A stretch of 64,000 bases of DNA from Balamuthia mandrillaris (Eukaryota). Made by a program: the position numbers and the translations under genes. The notes beneath the pieces were generated by a model. That model was given only the letters and a program-made list of their open reading frames with translations, did no database searches and had not been told where the DNA came from. The stretch spans positions 124,001 through 188,000 of the forward strand of contig JAVKOQ020000019.1 of NCBI GenBank assembly GCA_031835245.2. Reading direction: 5' to 3'. This document shows, one piece after another, positions 9,503 through 23,396 of this stretch. Within the stretch, counting starts at the first letter, position 1. Each line of letters opens with the position of its first letter.

Positions 9503-10468
9503 AAGAAGAAGAAGAAGAAGAAGAAGAAGAAGAAGAAGAAGAAGAAGAAGAAGAAGAAGAAGAAGAAGAAGAAGAAGAAGAAGAAGAAGAAGAAGAAGAA
9601 GAAGAAGAAGAAGAACAAGAAGAACAAGAACAAGAACAAGAACAAGAACAAGAACAAGAACAAGAAGAACAAGAACAAGAAGAAGAAGAACAAGAAGAAG
9701 AAGAAGAAGAAGAAGAAGAAGAAGAAGAAGAAGAAGAAGAAGAAGAACGAGAGAGACCAAGTCCCCATGAGCTTCCATGGGCTACCGAAACAGCAGCCCC
9801 TTGTTTGGTGTTGGAGCCAGGCACCAACAAGCCGTTGGTTAGGATGCTGTCGATGTTCTGCATGTTCGTGCCATGAAAGCAGAGCATGGGGCCCGCTTTG
9901 TCGCTGCCATATTTGCTCACCATCCTTTCCAACGTTCTGTTTTGAATGTAGAATTGTTAAAGAAAGAAAGAAAGAAAGAAAGAAAGCAAGAAATAAAGAA
10001 ATAAAGAAAGCAAGAAAGAAAGAAAGAAAGAAAGAACGAAACGACAAGAAAGAAAGAAAGAAACGACAAGAAAGAAAGAAAGAAAGCAAGAAAGAAAGAA
10101 ACGACAAGAAAGAAAGAAATAGACTTTAAAACGAAGAAATAAAAATGAAGCATATACGTTTGAAAGCAAGAAGAAAGCTGCGGAGACGCTATGTACTCCA
10201 TTCTTGTCACCCGGAAGCGAGGACCCACCAGGGAGGGAATGCTTTCTCTCAAAACCTTCCCAAAGGTTTTTCGGGGATCGAAGCGGACCCGCACTTCTTT
10301 GTTCGCTTGGCCCTCCTTTGCTTCCTCCTCCGCTGCTTCTTCTTCTCGACCAGCAAGCCGTTGCTGCTGTTCCCATACAAGACTGTTGCTGGCCTCTTCC
10401 TCCTCCGCTTGCAACATCCGAGCGAGTTCTTCGTCCCATGAAAACGACTCTCCTCCTTCGTCGTCCAT
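8951..10468 (-). CDS. Small PARP-family (diphtheria-toxin-like) ADP-ribosyltransferase with N-terminal MIU/UIM-like motif; 4 exons
   Basis: Spliced: ...DEELARMLQAEEE...FQT|TLERMVSKYGSDKAGPMLCFHGTNMQNIDSILTNGLLVPG...HGSSWGLG|IYLAGDPLLAMNY...VLACCVLLGR...GYDSHVNPEGKELVVFSG|GQVLPCWLVYF. Intron 9450-9757 is GT-AG; stop at 8951-8953. Start may be 10468 or 10489. Confidence 0.85.
9473..9746. repeat. Intronic (AAG)n/(AAC-AAG) microsatellite in the PARP gene
   Basis: Directly visible; reads TTC/TTG on the sense (-) strand. Confidence 0.95.
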
Positions 10469-10646
10469 CTCTCTCGCGTGGCAAAGCATTACTCGTGCCT
10501 TTCTTTTTTCTCTCCAGCAGTAGTTACGAGACACGTTCGCACGTTCACTCCTCCTTTTTACGTATTATATAACAATAAAAAAGAGTTTTATAACTCTGTG
10601 CTATAGCAGCGTACCCTTCACCTGGCACATCGCCAGGGGGCCGATA

Positions 10647-10725
10647 GGAAGGAAAGGAAAGGAAAGGAAAGGAAAGGAAAGGAAAGGAAAGGAAAGGAAA
10701 GGAAAGGAAAGGAAAGGAAAGGAAA
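10647..10725. repeat. (GGAAA)n pentanucleotide microsatellite, intergenic
   Basis: Directly visible, between the PARP start and the myotubularin stop. Confidence 0.95.
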
Positions 10726-10937
10726 GGGGAAAGGGGCCTTGGCATGGAAGACAAATGAGGGCGTTTCCTGTTTGCTTTACTTTGGTGTCCTTGCTTGCCC
10801 TCCTCCGCTCGAGGGCAGCAACAAAAAAAACCGCTTCGAGAAGGTTTAGAAAAAAAAATTAAAAGCATGGTCGAAAAAAAAACTATAAATAAACAAAAAA
10901 GAAAGAAAGAAAGAGCAAGCAAGGGTTAATCAGGGTT

Positions 10938-13900
10938 TCACTCCAACGAAGAGACAGAGGAGGAGGTCGTCTTTGGCACAACCGTCACCTCCAGCTCTTT
11001 GTTCAGCCGCTTCGCCGCCTCCTCCTGCTCTTTTCTCTGCCGCCGAAAATCGGCCTCCCTCTTTTCCTGTCTCTGTTGCCGCAGCTCGGCCTCGCGCCGG
11101 CGTTGCTCCTCGGTTCGTGGCGAGGTGGCCGTTTTGCTCTTGCGTTCTACCGACTCCAATTTTTCTTGTTCGGAGAGAATGTTTACGGATGGAGTCGAGA
11201 GCGGCGGTGAGCCTATTGGTTTTTTTTGAAGTGTTTGTTATTATTATCGAACACGAACGAAAGCAAAGAAGAGAGCAGAGAGAAGAGAGAGAAGAGAGAG
11301 TACTAACCTCTAACACCAAGAGAAGAAGAAAAGCTTTCAATGGAGGGAAGCATCACCGAGGTACGAGAGAGCTGTTGGGTGGAAGAACGTGAAACCGGAG
11401 ACGATGGACTGCTGTAACTAACAACGTGACTATTGCTATTGTTGTTAGTGTTGTTGTTATTTGCAGCTGTAATCTTGCCGTAGCACGCGTCACAAACGCG
11501 AACTGCCTTCAAGTAGGCAAACTTTGGAATGCACGCCTTCTTTGATGTGCATTTGCCGCAAAATATATGTCCTTTTGGAATAAAGAAAGTGAGAAGAAGC
11601 AGGAGCAGAAGCATAAGCAGAAAGGAGCGGTACCGCAATGACGGCAATGGTGCTTTCGATAAACGGGAGTAAACGCTCGTTTACAGCTGAAACAGTTGCG
11701 GGACCAACTGTCCGGGATCCAAGCGGGCGGGGAGTCAAAGTCTCTCTCCTCCGATCCATGTTTCGCGTCCTGTTTTCTCGACGAGGTCGTTCCGGACAAA
11801 AACGATGACGAAGAAGCAGATGATGACAAAGTTTGTTGATCTGACGTCTCTTTTCCAACAAACAACAAAGGACCAGAATTATAAGAAGAAGCATTGCCTC
11901 TAATACCAGAGACAAGTTGCAAGGCGGACGAGGAAGAAGGAAAGGACGTAGAAACGTGATGGCGGTGATCGTCTCTCTCATCATCTTCATCAGAGCTGGT
12001 GGTCGATTCCGATAGGTCCTGTCGATGGTGCATCATCATGACGGAAGTGCCGTACTGAGTGGCCATCGGCGCTTCAAACTGATTCATTTTAGGTGAACCG
12101 GTTGTTGGATTAAACTGTTGATGTTGTTGGGAAGCTGATGAAGAGGAAGAGGAAGAAGTAGAATTTAAGTCTTCACTCTTACGTTTTTCAATGTTGCCGT
12201 TGGTAGAATCCATTTGTGAAGAGGAAATGTTGTCACCAAGGTTGTTTGTAGAAGTAGAAGAGGAATCGAAGTCGGAAGGATAAGAAGATGGGGCTGCTGT
12301 GGTGGAAATAACGGCCATGCTTGCACTTCCTACTAAAGGAGCTTTCTCCCAATCGACAACGTTCGAATACATATTATGGGCGCTAGTATTGTTATTGTTG
12401 TTATCCCGACTCAGCTCTTCGATGATGTTGCTTGAAGAAGCAGCAGCAGATGAGGGCAATGACCGTTGTGATGATGATGAAGTAGAAGGAAAGAAAGGAT
12501 TGTTTCGCTCCACTTCCATGAACACTCGATCCATGATTTGCTCCAACAGAAACGTGATAAAGTTCTGTTTTTCCTCTTCGTAGCGCAACTTTCTTTGTTC
12601 CTCCATTTTAGAGGAAGCAGTGCTGTAACCTAGGTAATAAGACGACTTCTTGTTGCTACTACTAAATGCAGCTGGTCTGAGTTTTGTTGGCGTCATCGTC
12701 GGAGCTACCGTAGAAGTAGAAGCGTTTGTAGAAGATAATGAAGCAGCAGAAGCAGAAGATGATGAAGAAGAGAGAGAAGAGGATGACATAGATGAAGGTA
12801 AGGTGGAAGACAGTGACGAAGCAGCAGGAAAAACGGTGTCATCATCTGTTTCAGTATTGTCGGCAGAAGTACCGCCCAAAGGTCCTAAATCGGTTTGTTT
12901 CGTTGCTAGTGAATCCTCAGAAGAGGGGTTTGATGCTTCTGTCGATGCAGAGAGGTTCTTTCCGGATAGTCGTTTTATCGGCGTTTTGATAGCAGAAGAT
13001 GAAGAAGATAATGAAGAAGTGGTAGATTCAGAATTGTTGGCAGCAATCAACTTGGTCAAAAGCTCCAAATCATCTCTGCTCTCACCAAAAATGGAAGAGG
13101 CACGTTTCTTCACTCTCTTGCTTTTGCTGAGCGATGATGATGAGATTCGCTCTTCTGTGGATGGTGGCCAAGAGGTAGACATCGAGGAAGAGTCTTCACC
13201 TTCTCTTTCTCTGTCTTCTGCTTCATCGCTTCGTTCGGTGTTATCAGTACCATCGTCGTCGTTGTGATCGTTTTCATTTGTCCGTTGACGATAACGTCGA
13301 CGAGAAGTCGAACTGCTGGCCATCAAAGGCGCGTTCTCGTCATCGAACTGGAGCAGTTGTGCTTCCAACGATTTGATCTTTTGCTTCTGCTTTTTCAACT
13401 GTCGCTTCATCTCCAAGAAGAGGTCTTCTTTCCGCCCGCTGTATCTCGGATGACACAAAGTGTCCCAACGCAGGAAGAAAGAGTCCCACAGTCGCAACTT
13501 CTTCAAAGAGAAACAGGGAAGAAGCACTGTCGGATTTCTTTCCTGTTTGTTGGACAACAATTCTGTCATAAACTCATCGTCGCTGTCAGAGTCCGAAGAG
13601 CATTGTTCGGTGTTATTGTTGTTGTTGTTGGCATGATCGGAGAGAGAAGTTGTTGTGAAGGAAGAAGAAGGTCTGCTGTGCAAGTTCTTCACATAGAAAG
13701 GGTTGAGGAAGCTTTGTTTGTGGACATAGATCCATGTCCAAACGGAGACGGTTTGGCGCGGTGTGTCGTTATCCTTTAGTCTCTCTTTCTCGCTGTTATA
13801 CAGGAATGTACCAAAACGACAATTATACTGTATTGAGAACAAGCATACTTTAGTCATAAATGAATAAGAATATAGAAAAAAAAAACAAGTAAAACAGACG

Positions 13901-16900
13901 GAAACGAACCACTTCATCCGCAAGAGTTACCAAGAGTTGTTCGTTAAACTCAAAAGAATAGGGGAACTGTTGCATAATCTGCCAAACGCAATCCAGGAAT
14001 TGAATGAAAACTGGAGAGCGTTCGCTAGGAGGCGATTTGCCTTGTTGGTGTCCGCATCTCTCCGCAAACTTATGACCTGAAAATCAAGGTATAAGACACA
14101 TAATATGAACAAGAACAAGAAGAACAAGAACGGTACCAAAACTAAGCCATTCCTTCTCGATGACAACAATAAAACCTTCCAACGTTCGATAATACGGATC
14201 AAGCATGATTTGCGATAAGCTGGTCAGCTGAGGGGTTCTATCCCAGCCATCGCTGCAATGAGTGAGCACACACTCTCCCCTTTCCAGCAGTTGTGCGATG
14301 CGAGAGGCAGCACTGAGGAGCATACGAATGTGGCGTAGCCATTGAGAGTTTTCCAGCAGTGATAACCAGTGCCCACCGCCTTCATCCTCCTCCATTTTCT
14401 TTCCATCTTTGAGCATGGCAAATACTCCGTTGAAGCTCTCTCGAACCTATAATATTATTTATGTTCAATTCAAAAGGAGAAACGCGGACAGAAAAAAGGA
14501 GAGAGTTGTGAAGTTGAGAAAGAGAAAACAAAAGGAGATGGTGAAGAAGAAGAAGAAGAAAAAGAAGAAGAAGAAGAAGAAGAAGAAGAACAAGAACAAG
14601 AACAAGAAGAACAAGAAGAACAAGAAGAAGAAGAAGAAGAAGAAGAACAAGAACAAGAAGAAGAAGAAGAAGAAGAACAAGAAGAACAAGAACAAGAAGA
14701 AGAAGAAGAAGAAGAAGAAGAAGAAGAAGAAGAAGAAGAACAAGAAGAACAAGAAGAACAAGAAGAACAAGAAGAAGAAGAAGAACAAGAAGAAGAAGGA
14801 GAAGGAGAAGGAGAAGGAGAAGAAGGGGGAAGAGAAGAAGAACAGAAGCAGAGAGGAACGAAAGCAATAAAACCTTATGAATGTTTTCTATCCTCATGAA
14901 CGAGATGTGAATATTATCATTGTCCGTAGTAGTCTCATAGCCTCCACCTTTGCTCTTGTTTGCCAGAGCATTGGCCCTCGGTCTTGCATCAATAATGTGC
15001 AAGTAATGGGACTTGCTATTGGACTTGCGTATGTAACGTAGCAGCAGCTCATCCTCATGCAATCGCTTCCCCAAGCCAACTAACGGTTGGCTGCACCGAC
15101 ATAACACAGCTTTGTTCAGAGGATGCATCCAACATAAAGCAGGAATGCGCCCTTTGGACCGGAAGCGGCTGATGGTGATGAGTTCCTGAGGGGTTATCGC
15201 GCGGGGAATGCACAACACGCGAGGATAAGTATCGCAGAGCTCGTACTGGCGGTTGAGCTCAGTAATGCGCCACTCCTCATTGGGGATACCCATGCGGTTA
15301 AAGTCTCGCCAGGGATCGTAGAGTCGCCAGCCATCCACAATCTTGTCTTTCAGGTTTGGAGCACCATGGTCGCAGGAGCCCTTGGCCCGTTGTTGAGGGC
15401 AGAACCCACGTTCTTCCTCCATGAGGCATTGAGGCAGACGCATGACGAAGGAGAAGGCAAAGAGTTGCTTTGCTTTTTCCAAATCCAAATAACTTGTGGA
15501 TTTTTGAAAAAAATGGTATTAGACTTTTGGAGGAAAAAAGGAAGCAGAAAGAAAAAAGAAGATTAGAAGGCAGAGAATAGTGAGAAAGTACCTTTGTACA
15601 TAATCACAGAATAAATCGCTGACCTTCATCTGTGTCACTTCTTTCTTTTCAACAGCCTCCATTCCCTCATCCTCCCGTTGACCTCTCCGCAACAAGGCCA
15701 TTCTCTTGCTCTTTCGCTTCTTTGGTTTAAAGTAATTGTTCATCGAAAAGCTTGTTGTGTTCGTCGTTCCAAGAAAGTTTGTCAGAAGGGTAGATGTAGT
15801 AGAGCCGGATGAGGAAGAAGACCCAGCCGAAGGAGAAGGGACAATATCAGTTGTTGAGATTGTTTCGTTATTGTTTTCTTCTTCGGATTGAGCGGAAAGC
15901 GGGGAGATATTTTGTTGAGCTGCTGTTGATTCATCTTGTTTGGAAGCAGAGACAGATGAGGAGGGGGAAACAGAGGAGGAAGATGAAGTCGGAGATAGGG
16001 TGGAAGAAGGATCCGCTGAGTTAGTAGCGGGAGTTGTTGATATATTGGGAACAGCCGCTGAAGAAGATGATAATGAGGAGGAAGAGGAAGAAGAGAGGTT
16101 TTGAAAGTTGCTTTGTTGCATCGCTTGAAGTACGCTTTTTGGGATGTACTCCGTGGTAAACTTTGTGATGGTGATAGTTGCTCGTTTGTCGAAGGTGAGT
16201 TTGAGAGCTCGCATGTCGTGCATGTAGATTTTCATGTGCTCTGAGTGAGGCAAAGACTTTTTCGATAATTGCCTGATGTTCATTATGGGTATCTACAAAC
16301 AACAGATTATCGCATAATAATGTTAGATAATGGAGAGAGAGAGAGAGAGAGAGAGAGATGAATAAACAACAAACCTTGACTTCAAGCGCTTTCTTCTTGA
16401 AGATCAATTGATAGTTTGTGATGAAGAGGGAACCTCTTCGCATGGGCCAATAGGAATCTGCCTTTGATAACAAAGATACATTACATGCCTTTTTTTTTTG
16501 GTACAGGACTTTGTAAGAAAAGATAAAGAAAGAAGACACGAAGGAAAGAAACAAAACGTACCCTTGCAATGACTTCTTCTCCTCCTAACAAGCTTTGAGG
16601 GTGAAACTTTTTTCTTAACTCATCTCTCTCATCTTTGATCCAGTACCCACAACAAAGATAAAGCAGAGAAGCGTCGTTTTGTACTGTAAACAAGGGAGCA
16701 GAAGATGATGAAGAAGAAGTGGAAGGAAGAAGACTGCTGTAAGATTTTTGCAATTTTGGTTGTTGCTGCTGTTGTTCCTTTGAGGGTAGAGATAATTCTC
16801 CTGTCTTTGCTTGTTGCTGTTGTGGAGGATGATAATATACAGGCGCATCATCACTGGATGGTGACTTGGTGAGACCAGGCGCATTTAGTACGATGTTGAC

Positions 16901-18316
16901 ATTAGGATCTGTGGAGGAGCGATTCTTTCGTGGAGTATTATTGTTATTGTTGGTATTATTGCTATTGGTCGATTCGCCCACTAGAAAAGCAGTGGCTGCC
17001 GACAAAGCCGCAGCCGCAGTAGAAGATGAGGTTGAGGTTGAAGCAGACGGGATACTGGATCCAGAGGTGCTTCTTGCCAAAGGGGCACGTTGTGATTGCT
17101 GTTGAGCTGGTTGTTGCTGTGGTTGTTGTGATTGTCGGGGAGAAGAAGCGGTGGAGGAGGAATGCTCTTGTGGAGGAGGATCGCTAGCGCTGCGACGGGC
17201 AAGGGCTCTGTCGCTGAGCTTCTTCACCGTCTTTGACTGCGCCGTCGTAGCTACTGTTGCGTCTGGAGCTGGAGTGGCACCGTTGTTTTCCTTCTGTTTG
17301 TTCTTCTTTTTCCTGTTGCTAGACTTCTTTCTTCTTCGTGGTGTTACGGCAGCCGAATCGGGATTCCTCCTCTCTTCTTCCATTGCTTCTGCTGAGGAAG
17401 ACAGTAAGACCCATGCTTCGTCGTATTCCGCGTCACCACCATCCGTCATAACCGGGCTTTCTTCTCCTTCTGCTTCTTCCTCTTCCTCTTTAGTTTTCTC
17501 TGCTAGTTTCGCGTTTGCTTGAAATGGTCCAACTTCATCGATGATAAATGTAGATTCTTCTTCCTCGTCTTCTGCTTCTCCATTCACATGTCTCTCCTTT
17601 TCATTTTCTTTGCCGTTCTCTTCTGTTTCTGTCGCCGTTCTGCTTCCTTCCAACAGTTCCAAGCCGCGACGAGGTGTTTGCCAGGAAGAAGAGGTTCCAG
17701 GCATAGTATTTGATCGGTTCCTTCTTTTTCTTCGCCGCGAGCGACGGCGTCTTTCTTCATCATCACTCGAGTCTCCTCCTTCCTCTTCCGCATTCTTCGT
17801 TCCTTTTTTCCTTCTTTTATTTTGCTCACTAACGTTGTCTTCGCTGACTCCATTTCTAGACAGAGAGGAAGAAAGCAGAGAGCCCTCTCCGCGTCGTCGA
17901 GCGATGAACGAAGAGGTCGTTTCGTTCTTTCTCATGTCACGTTGTTCCTCCGGAAGACTGATATAAGAAGGAGAAGAAGAAAACGAAGGCGAAGACGGAG
18001 AGTTGAACCCAAACGCAGAGAAGGAAGTGGAAGACAAAGAGCGAGTGTTGGAGCCGAGGCTGCCTTTTCTGGGTACTTCGAGTCCAACGAGTTTCGTCCT
18101 TTGTTTGCTGGTGGTAATGGTGACCGTGTTTTTGCGGCCCCTCTCCTGCTCTCCTCCTTCTCCTCTTCTTTTTCTTCTTGCGCTGTCCTTCTCCTTTTGC
18201 TTCGCTTGCTCGCCTGCTGCTGTGGTTGTGGTTGTGGCTGTTGCTGCTGCTGCTGCTGCGGATGAAAGAAGAAGAGCGGGTTCCTCCGGATCGTTCTCTT
18301 TATCTTCGTTTTGCAT
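10938..18316 (-). CDS. Myotubularin-related phosphoinositide 3-phosphatase with C-terminal FYVE domain (MTMR3/4-like architecture), multi-exon
   Basis: Catalytic [54 protein letters not shown]...[16 protein letters not shown]...RVCDACY. Last exon is ORF 10938..11159, joined via a GT-AG intron. Confidence 0.92.
14543..14825. repeat. Intronic (AAG/AAC)n microsatellite in the myotubularin gene
   Basis: Directly visible. Confidence 0.95.
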
Positions 18317-18346
18317 CGTTCTTTTCTATGCTTTTAAAAAACTTGA

Positions 18347-18391
<45 letters not shown>

Positions 18392-18500
18392 AACAGAGAG
18401 AACAGAGAGAGAGAATAAGTACCAACAGCAATGGAAAAAAGAGTAAACACAAAAAGAAATAGAACAAAGAAAGAAAGAATAAAATTTTCCGGTGATTTGC

Positions 18501-18544
<44 letters not shown>

Positions 18545-18878
18545 GAAGAACAAACCTTTGCTTTGTCTTTTTTGATGAAGCAACCAAAAAAAAAGAACTG
18601 TAGTGCGTGAGGACTTTTCCAAATCTCCCCCCACCCCCAAAGGGTTTTGCTACCGGTCGAAAAGAAGAAACAGAATAAATAAACAAACAGGGTTCGCCGG
18701 GCGTCCTCTTCCTCTTGTTGTCCAGCCCCCCCTTTTTTTTTGCTTTATGTTTTGCTCCGGGGCGCAGGCAACACTTGGGTATTTTCTCCTCTCCTCTCCT
18801 CTCCTTCCCTCTTTTTTTCAAATATTTCACTCTGTGTTGCACGTTCTATTTTTTTTTTCATCGGTGTGGCACAAATAT

Positions 18879-18930
18879 TCATGTCGTCTTGAAAAATAAA
18901 TCATGTCGTCCCGAAAACTATCATGTCGTC
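18879..18930 (-). promoter_or_regulatory. Triple GACGACATGA motif upstream of myotubularin
   Basis: TCATGTCGTC on + at 18879, 18901 and 18921 (spacing 22 and 20). Related words occur upstream of other genes. Confidence 0.5.
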
Positions 18931-19063
18931 GTGATATCTCTTGCTCTCCCGTTTCCGCACAGAATGCAAAAGAAAGAGAAAGAAGAAAGGGTGTGTGCGC
19001 ATGTGTGAATGAATAAATATCAGGCATGCGTTCTTTCTTTTTTTTTAAAAAAAAACAAATATT

Positions 19064-21649
19064 TTAGGAGAACGAAGAAGGCGCAGCTCCCCTCTCTCCT
19101 TCTCTCCGAAGGTAGGGCGGAAAGAGCGTTGGCGTCCTGAACCGAATCCTCGGAAATCGTTGGTGCAGCATCTCCACCTCCTCCGGTCCCACCAAACTGC
19201 AATCATGCAGCAAAACGTCTCTCAAACCTCTTCTCCCTCTGCTTCCTCTGCTTCTCTCGTTCTCTGCATCTTTCTCTTCCTCATCACCCTCTGGCTGATG
19301 ATTCTCCACGATGCGAATGATGTCCTGGATGGCAAAGGTGCCCACCGAAGGCAAAGAGAGCACGCGAAGTTGAGGGCAGTGGTCCGTCTGGAGGAGGCGG
19401 ATAAAGGTGGTGGCGGAGCGGCCAAACAGCCCTTCCAACCAAAGCTCCTCCAGGCGAGGCATCCTCTCCAACATCTTCCACGCATTGGCATCCCTTCTTA
19501 TGATCGTTTCTTCGTCTTCTTCTCCACCTCCCTCTTGATGTTCACTTTGTTGTGGTAGGGGGGATGAATGTGTTGGGGGTGGAAGAGTTGACGTTAGAGA
19601 CGAGGACCTGCTTCTTGTTCTTGTTCGTCTTTCTCTTCTTCTCCGTTTGAGTGTTCTTACATCATTTCCTTCTTCTTCATTTTCCTCTTCTCCATTTCTT
19701 TCTTCTTCGTTTCTCAAAGAAGAAAAAGAAGTAGTTGGAGACGTCACTTCCTCCTCGTAAACATGTGCAAAGCAAATGTTGGTAAACTGACATCGCTCCA
19801 ATCTCCTGCCACAACGCTTCAAGACTGCGGGTAATCCCTCCACCAACGTCAATCCTTGTCCCTCCAACGGCATCCCCAACACCGACAACAGTCTCAATCC
19901 TCCTTCCTCCTCCTCCGCTTCTTCTTCATTGTTCCAACGATAACAACGATCACGAGAACGTGGACGTGAACGGCAATGTTGAGCAACGGAGACAAGACTG
20001 AGCACGGGTTGGCAACGAGTCAACAAGATGTTGAGCTCCTGCAAGCGACCTCCACAAAGAGCAGCCGCCGCGTCCAGAAAGCGTTGCGTCTCCGCAGCGC
20101 TTGCCAAGCAACCAAACGTCAAGCTGCGTAAGGTAGCGGAGCAGCAGCGCAATAAGTTAAGGAGAGGTTCCACGTGGAGGCCGCCGCAGTCCTCACCGAG
20201 AGAAAGGCGACGCAAATAGGGACCGCAGCGATGAGCTATAGAAGAGATGCGAAAGTCGGTGAGACGATAGTTGCGAAGCACCAAAGTGGATAGGCCTCTT
20301 TCCCTTTCCCTGTCTTTGGTGTTTGCATGTGAAGAGGAGGAAGAAGAAGGGGAGGAAGGGAGAGGAAGGTTGTTGAGGAAAAAGTTAAGGCAGGCTTCTT
20401 TGTTTTTGGAGGAGAAGCAGGTGCCATTGATGTGGAGAGATTGGAGGCGGTGCATGTGCGGCACGCAGGTAGAGAAAAAGTTGGAGGAGAGCTGTTGTTG
20501 GTGGAAAGGACTCCAGGAAAAGTGTTTGACGCTGCCCCAAAATGCATCTCTTCGTTTGTTTGTATTTTTTTCAAAAAAGAAATGGGTGAGATAAAGGGAG
20601 AGAGAGGGAGACACGAGTAGAAAGAGAGAAGAGAGAATAACGTACGAGGTAAAGTATGCGCGGAAACCTTTGGAGACTTTGGCCATAGCATTCCATTCAG
20701 CGATACTTAGTCTCATGAATATGTCGGTACACATTTCCGCTGGCAACAACGAGAAGCTATTAAAGTCGTTTGGTTCGGTTTGCTGTCGTGTTTCTACTAG
20801 CACCATAGCGCTTAGGTTCTCTTCTTCGCTCTCTTCTTTTCCTCTCCTTTGTTCGTTAACATTGCATTCCTTCGTCGGTTTTTCTTCCTCTTTTACTTCG
20901 TCCATGGCTGCAACTGGTATTACTTGTTCTTGTTCTGCTTCTTCCTCCTCACGTTCTTCATCCGATGCGGTCCATCTTCTCTTCATAGAGTGTCTTGCAT
21001 TCTTCGCCCGCTCCGCTTTTTGTGTTGCTCCCACTATGGCAAGAAGGGCTTCATTCTCTTTATTTTTCTTTTCAACTGTTTCGTTGCTTTCTTCCACGCC
21101 TTCTGCCAAATAAAGTCTTCTGCGCTTATCTTTCTTTGAGTCTTTTTCTTCGTTTGTAGCCGTCAACTGCCGATAGAGCGCCTGCTTTTCTTCCAAAGAA
21201 AAGCAAGAGGAAGGTGACGATGTTGTAGACGAAGAAGAAGAAGAAGAAGGAGCAGCCGAAAAGACTTTAGTCTTGCTTGTCGTTACCGGAGCAAAAAAGC
21301 GTTCCACATAGGTTGAGAGAGTTCGTTGCTCGTGTGGCTGAGTGCCTTGGTTTACTTCCAAAAGCTCAGAAGTAGAGAAAGGGTGGCCCTTGGGCGTCAG
21401 TTGCGTGTTGATGCTATTTAGAATGGCAACCACTGTTTTCTGTCCGGGTGCGTCTGCGGCAATGGGGAAAAAAAAGAAAGTTAGGGTCATTCAAGGGAAG
21501 GAGAGGAAGGAAAAGAACAACAGGAGGAGGAGCAGGAGCAGAGGCAAGGCAGGAGCAGGGCAGGAGCAGGCAGGAGCAGGAGCGGGCAGGAGCAGGGCAG
21601 GAGCAGGAGCAGGGCGAGAGCAGGAGCAGGACAGGAGCAGGAGGGCAGG

Positions 21650-21700
<51 letters not shown>

Positions 21701-21844
21701 AGAAAGGAGGAGAAAAGGAGGAGGAGGATTAATACCAGGCCAAGCGTTGACAATTCCCAAGACTTTATCCAAGGAGTAGCGGATGCTCCTTACCTTTTCC
21801 CAGCTGAGCACCAGCTCACAGATCCCTTCTTTGGCGCGCTCCAT
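19064..21844 (-). CDS. F-box protein with degenerate LRR (RNI-like) region
   Basis: FSLLPAEMCTDIFMRLSIAEWNAMAKVSKGF (F-box). LxxLxL repeats: LQSLHING, LRRLSLG, LRSLTFG, LQELNI, LEELWLEG, LRVLSLP. First exon MERAKEG at 21844. Confidence 0.75.
21522..21700. repeat. Intronic (GCAGGA)n/(GCAGG) repeat in the F-box/LRR gene
   Basis: Directly visible. Confidence 0.9.
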
Positions 21845-22590
21845 CTTCGTCCAAGTAAAGATAAAAAAAAATTCCAAGAACCTTGAAGGAAGGTTTCGGA
21901 AATCGAACGGTTTGTTGTTCTGTTCACAAAAAATAAAAAATTGAGAGAGAAGAACAGAAAAGAAGAGATTTAAGAAAGAAAAAAAAAAGATTACGAATGA
22001 TCCCTTTTTTGACGCACGTAAAATTACGAACCCTTCGTTTTTTTTTGTTTATTGTGTGTTTTACGAAAGCGCGCACGCACCTTGTTCTTTTGTGTTTTTC
22101 CGTAACGTTAAAAAACGTGTGCGTGCGTGACTCGTTCTCTCTCTGTCTATTCCCCTAGCAATTCCGGCCCTCCCCAGGCTCTGCCACGCTACAAAGGATG
22201 AGTAAGTAGCACGAAGCAAAGTGCTAAAAGGCCTTTTGTTTTTTCTCGCGTCGACGTCAGTCCAAAGTTTTCTTCCTTTCGTTGATTATTTTGCGTTAAA
22301 TGGGTTTTTTCCCCGATTTTTTATCCCTGTCGCTTTTTCGCCACCTGTGTAGATTACGCGGTGTGGTGCTATCCCAGCGGGGAAACCGAGTGCGCTGTTA
22401 TCATCACTATTGCTTGATGAATGGAAGGACGTTGTTTGCCTGGACCCATTTCGCGCTCCCAAATTTTCGGTAGGTCTTAACGACGCATGTTCGACTCCCA
22501 GTTTAAGCAGTGAAAGTTTAAATATCTTTTTGTCGACGCTAGAATTTTTTCGAAGAAAAATTTTGTCTGAAATAAAAGCCAACAAGGGAG

Positions 22591-23355
22591 ATGATGAAAA
22601 GGGAGAAGAGGAGGAAGAGAACGGCAAAGCGTGCCAGTGATGGGCTGGTCCTCCACAGAAAGGACACGCGCTCCCAACAACGTCCACCTCGCGGACGCCT
22701 TGTCGCCACAATCAAAACCGAAGAAGAAGAAAAGGAAGATGAAGAAGAAACCTTTGTAGTGATTAGCAGTGGAAGCAGCGACGAAGAAGAAGGAGAAGAG
22801 GAGGAGACTGAGCTCGAAGTAGAAGAAGAGGTAACGTACGATGAAGATGAAGACGAAACCGAAGTAGAAGAAGAAAAAGAGAAGGAGAAGGAGGAAGCAG
22901 CTCCATCTTCTTCTCCCTTTCAGCCGTATTACCTCAAAAACTTTTTGTTGATCATGAACTACGTCGTCACGTTCAACGCTCACCTGTTTGACGAGGAGGA
23001 GCAGGGGCTGCTGTGCCGCTTTCGGGAGGAGCTGAGCCCTCTGGCGCAGCGGCTCTACGTGCGGCTGTTCCAGAGGAAGGGTCCGTGGTTCCTCGCGCCC
23101 TCCCTTTGGACGAGATATGCCGCTGAGATGCCCCCTCTTCCCTCTGTAGTTCAGGTTTCTCTTCTCTCTCCTCCTTCTGCTTCTCCTTCTGCTTCTCCTT
23201 CTCCTTCTCCTTCTCCTTCTCCTTCTCCTTCTCCTTCTCCTTCTGCTTTCTGCTTCTCCTTCTCCTTCTCCTTCTCCTTCTCCTTCTCCTTCTCCTTCTC
23301 CTTCTCCTTCTCCTTCCTCCCTTCTCCTTCTCCCACTTCTTCTCCAAATGCTCCT

Positions 23356-23396
<41 letters not shown>

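Noticed and set aside
9431..10129. Poly-K/L/F/S ORFs here and at 14409-14870, 40223-40738, 45816-46258, 51704-52404
   Set aside because: Translations of intronic microsatellites; proper GT-AG splicing restores the conserved proteins.
10930..11340. Independent small gene
   Set aside because: The frame 10938..11159 joins the FYVE exon through a canonical intron and is the last myotubularin exon.
22340..22470. Faint resemblance to U4 snRNA or 7SL (CCGAG-TGCGC..TATTGCT; CGCGGTG..TCCCAGC)
   Set aside because: Lacks the U6-pairing 5' end, the k-turn GA pairs and SRP helix-8 motifs; more simply FAN1 promoter DNA.
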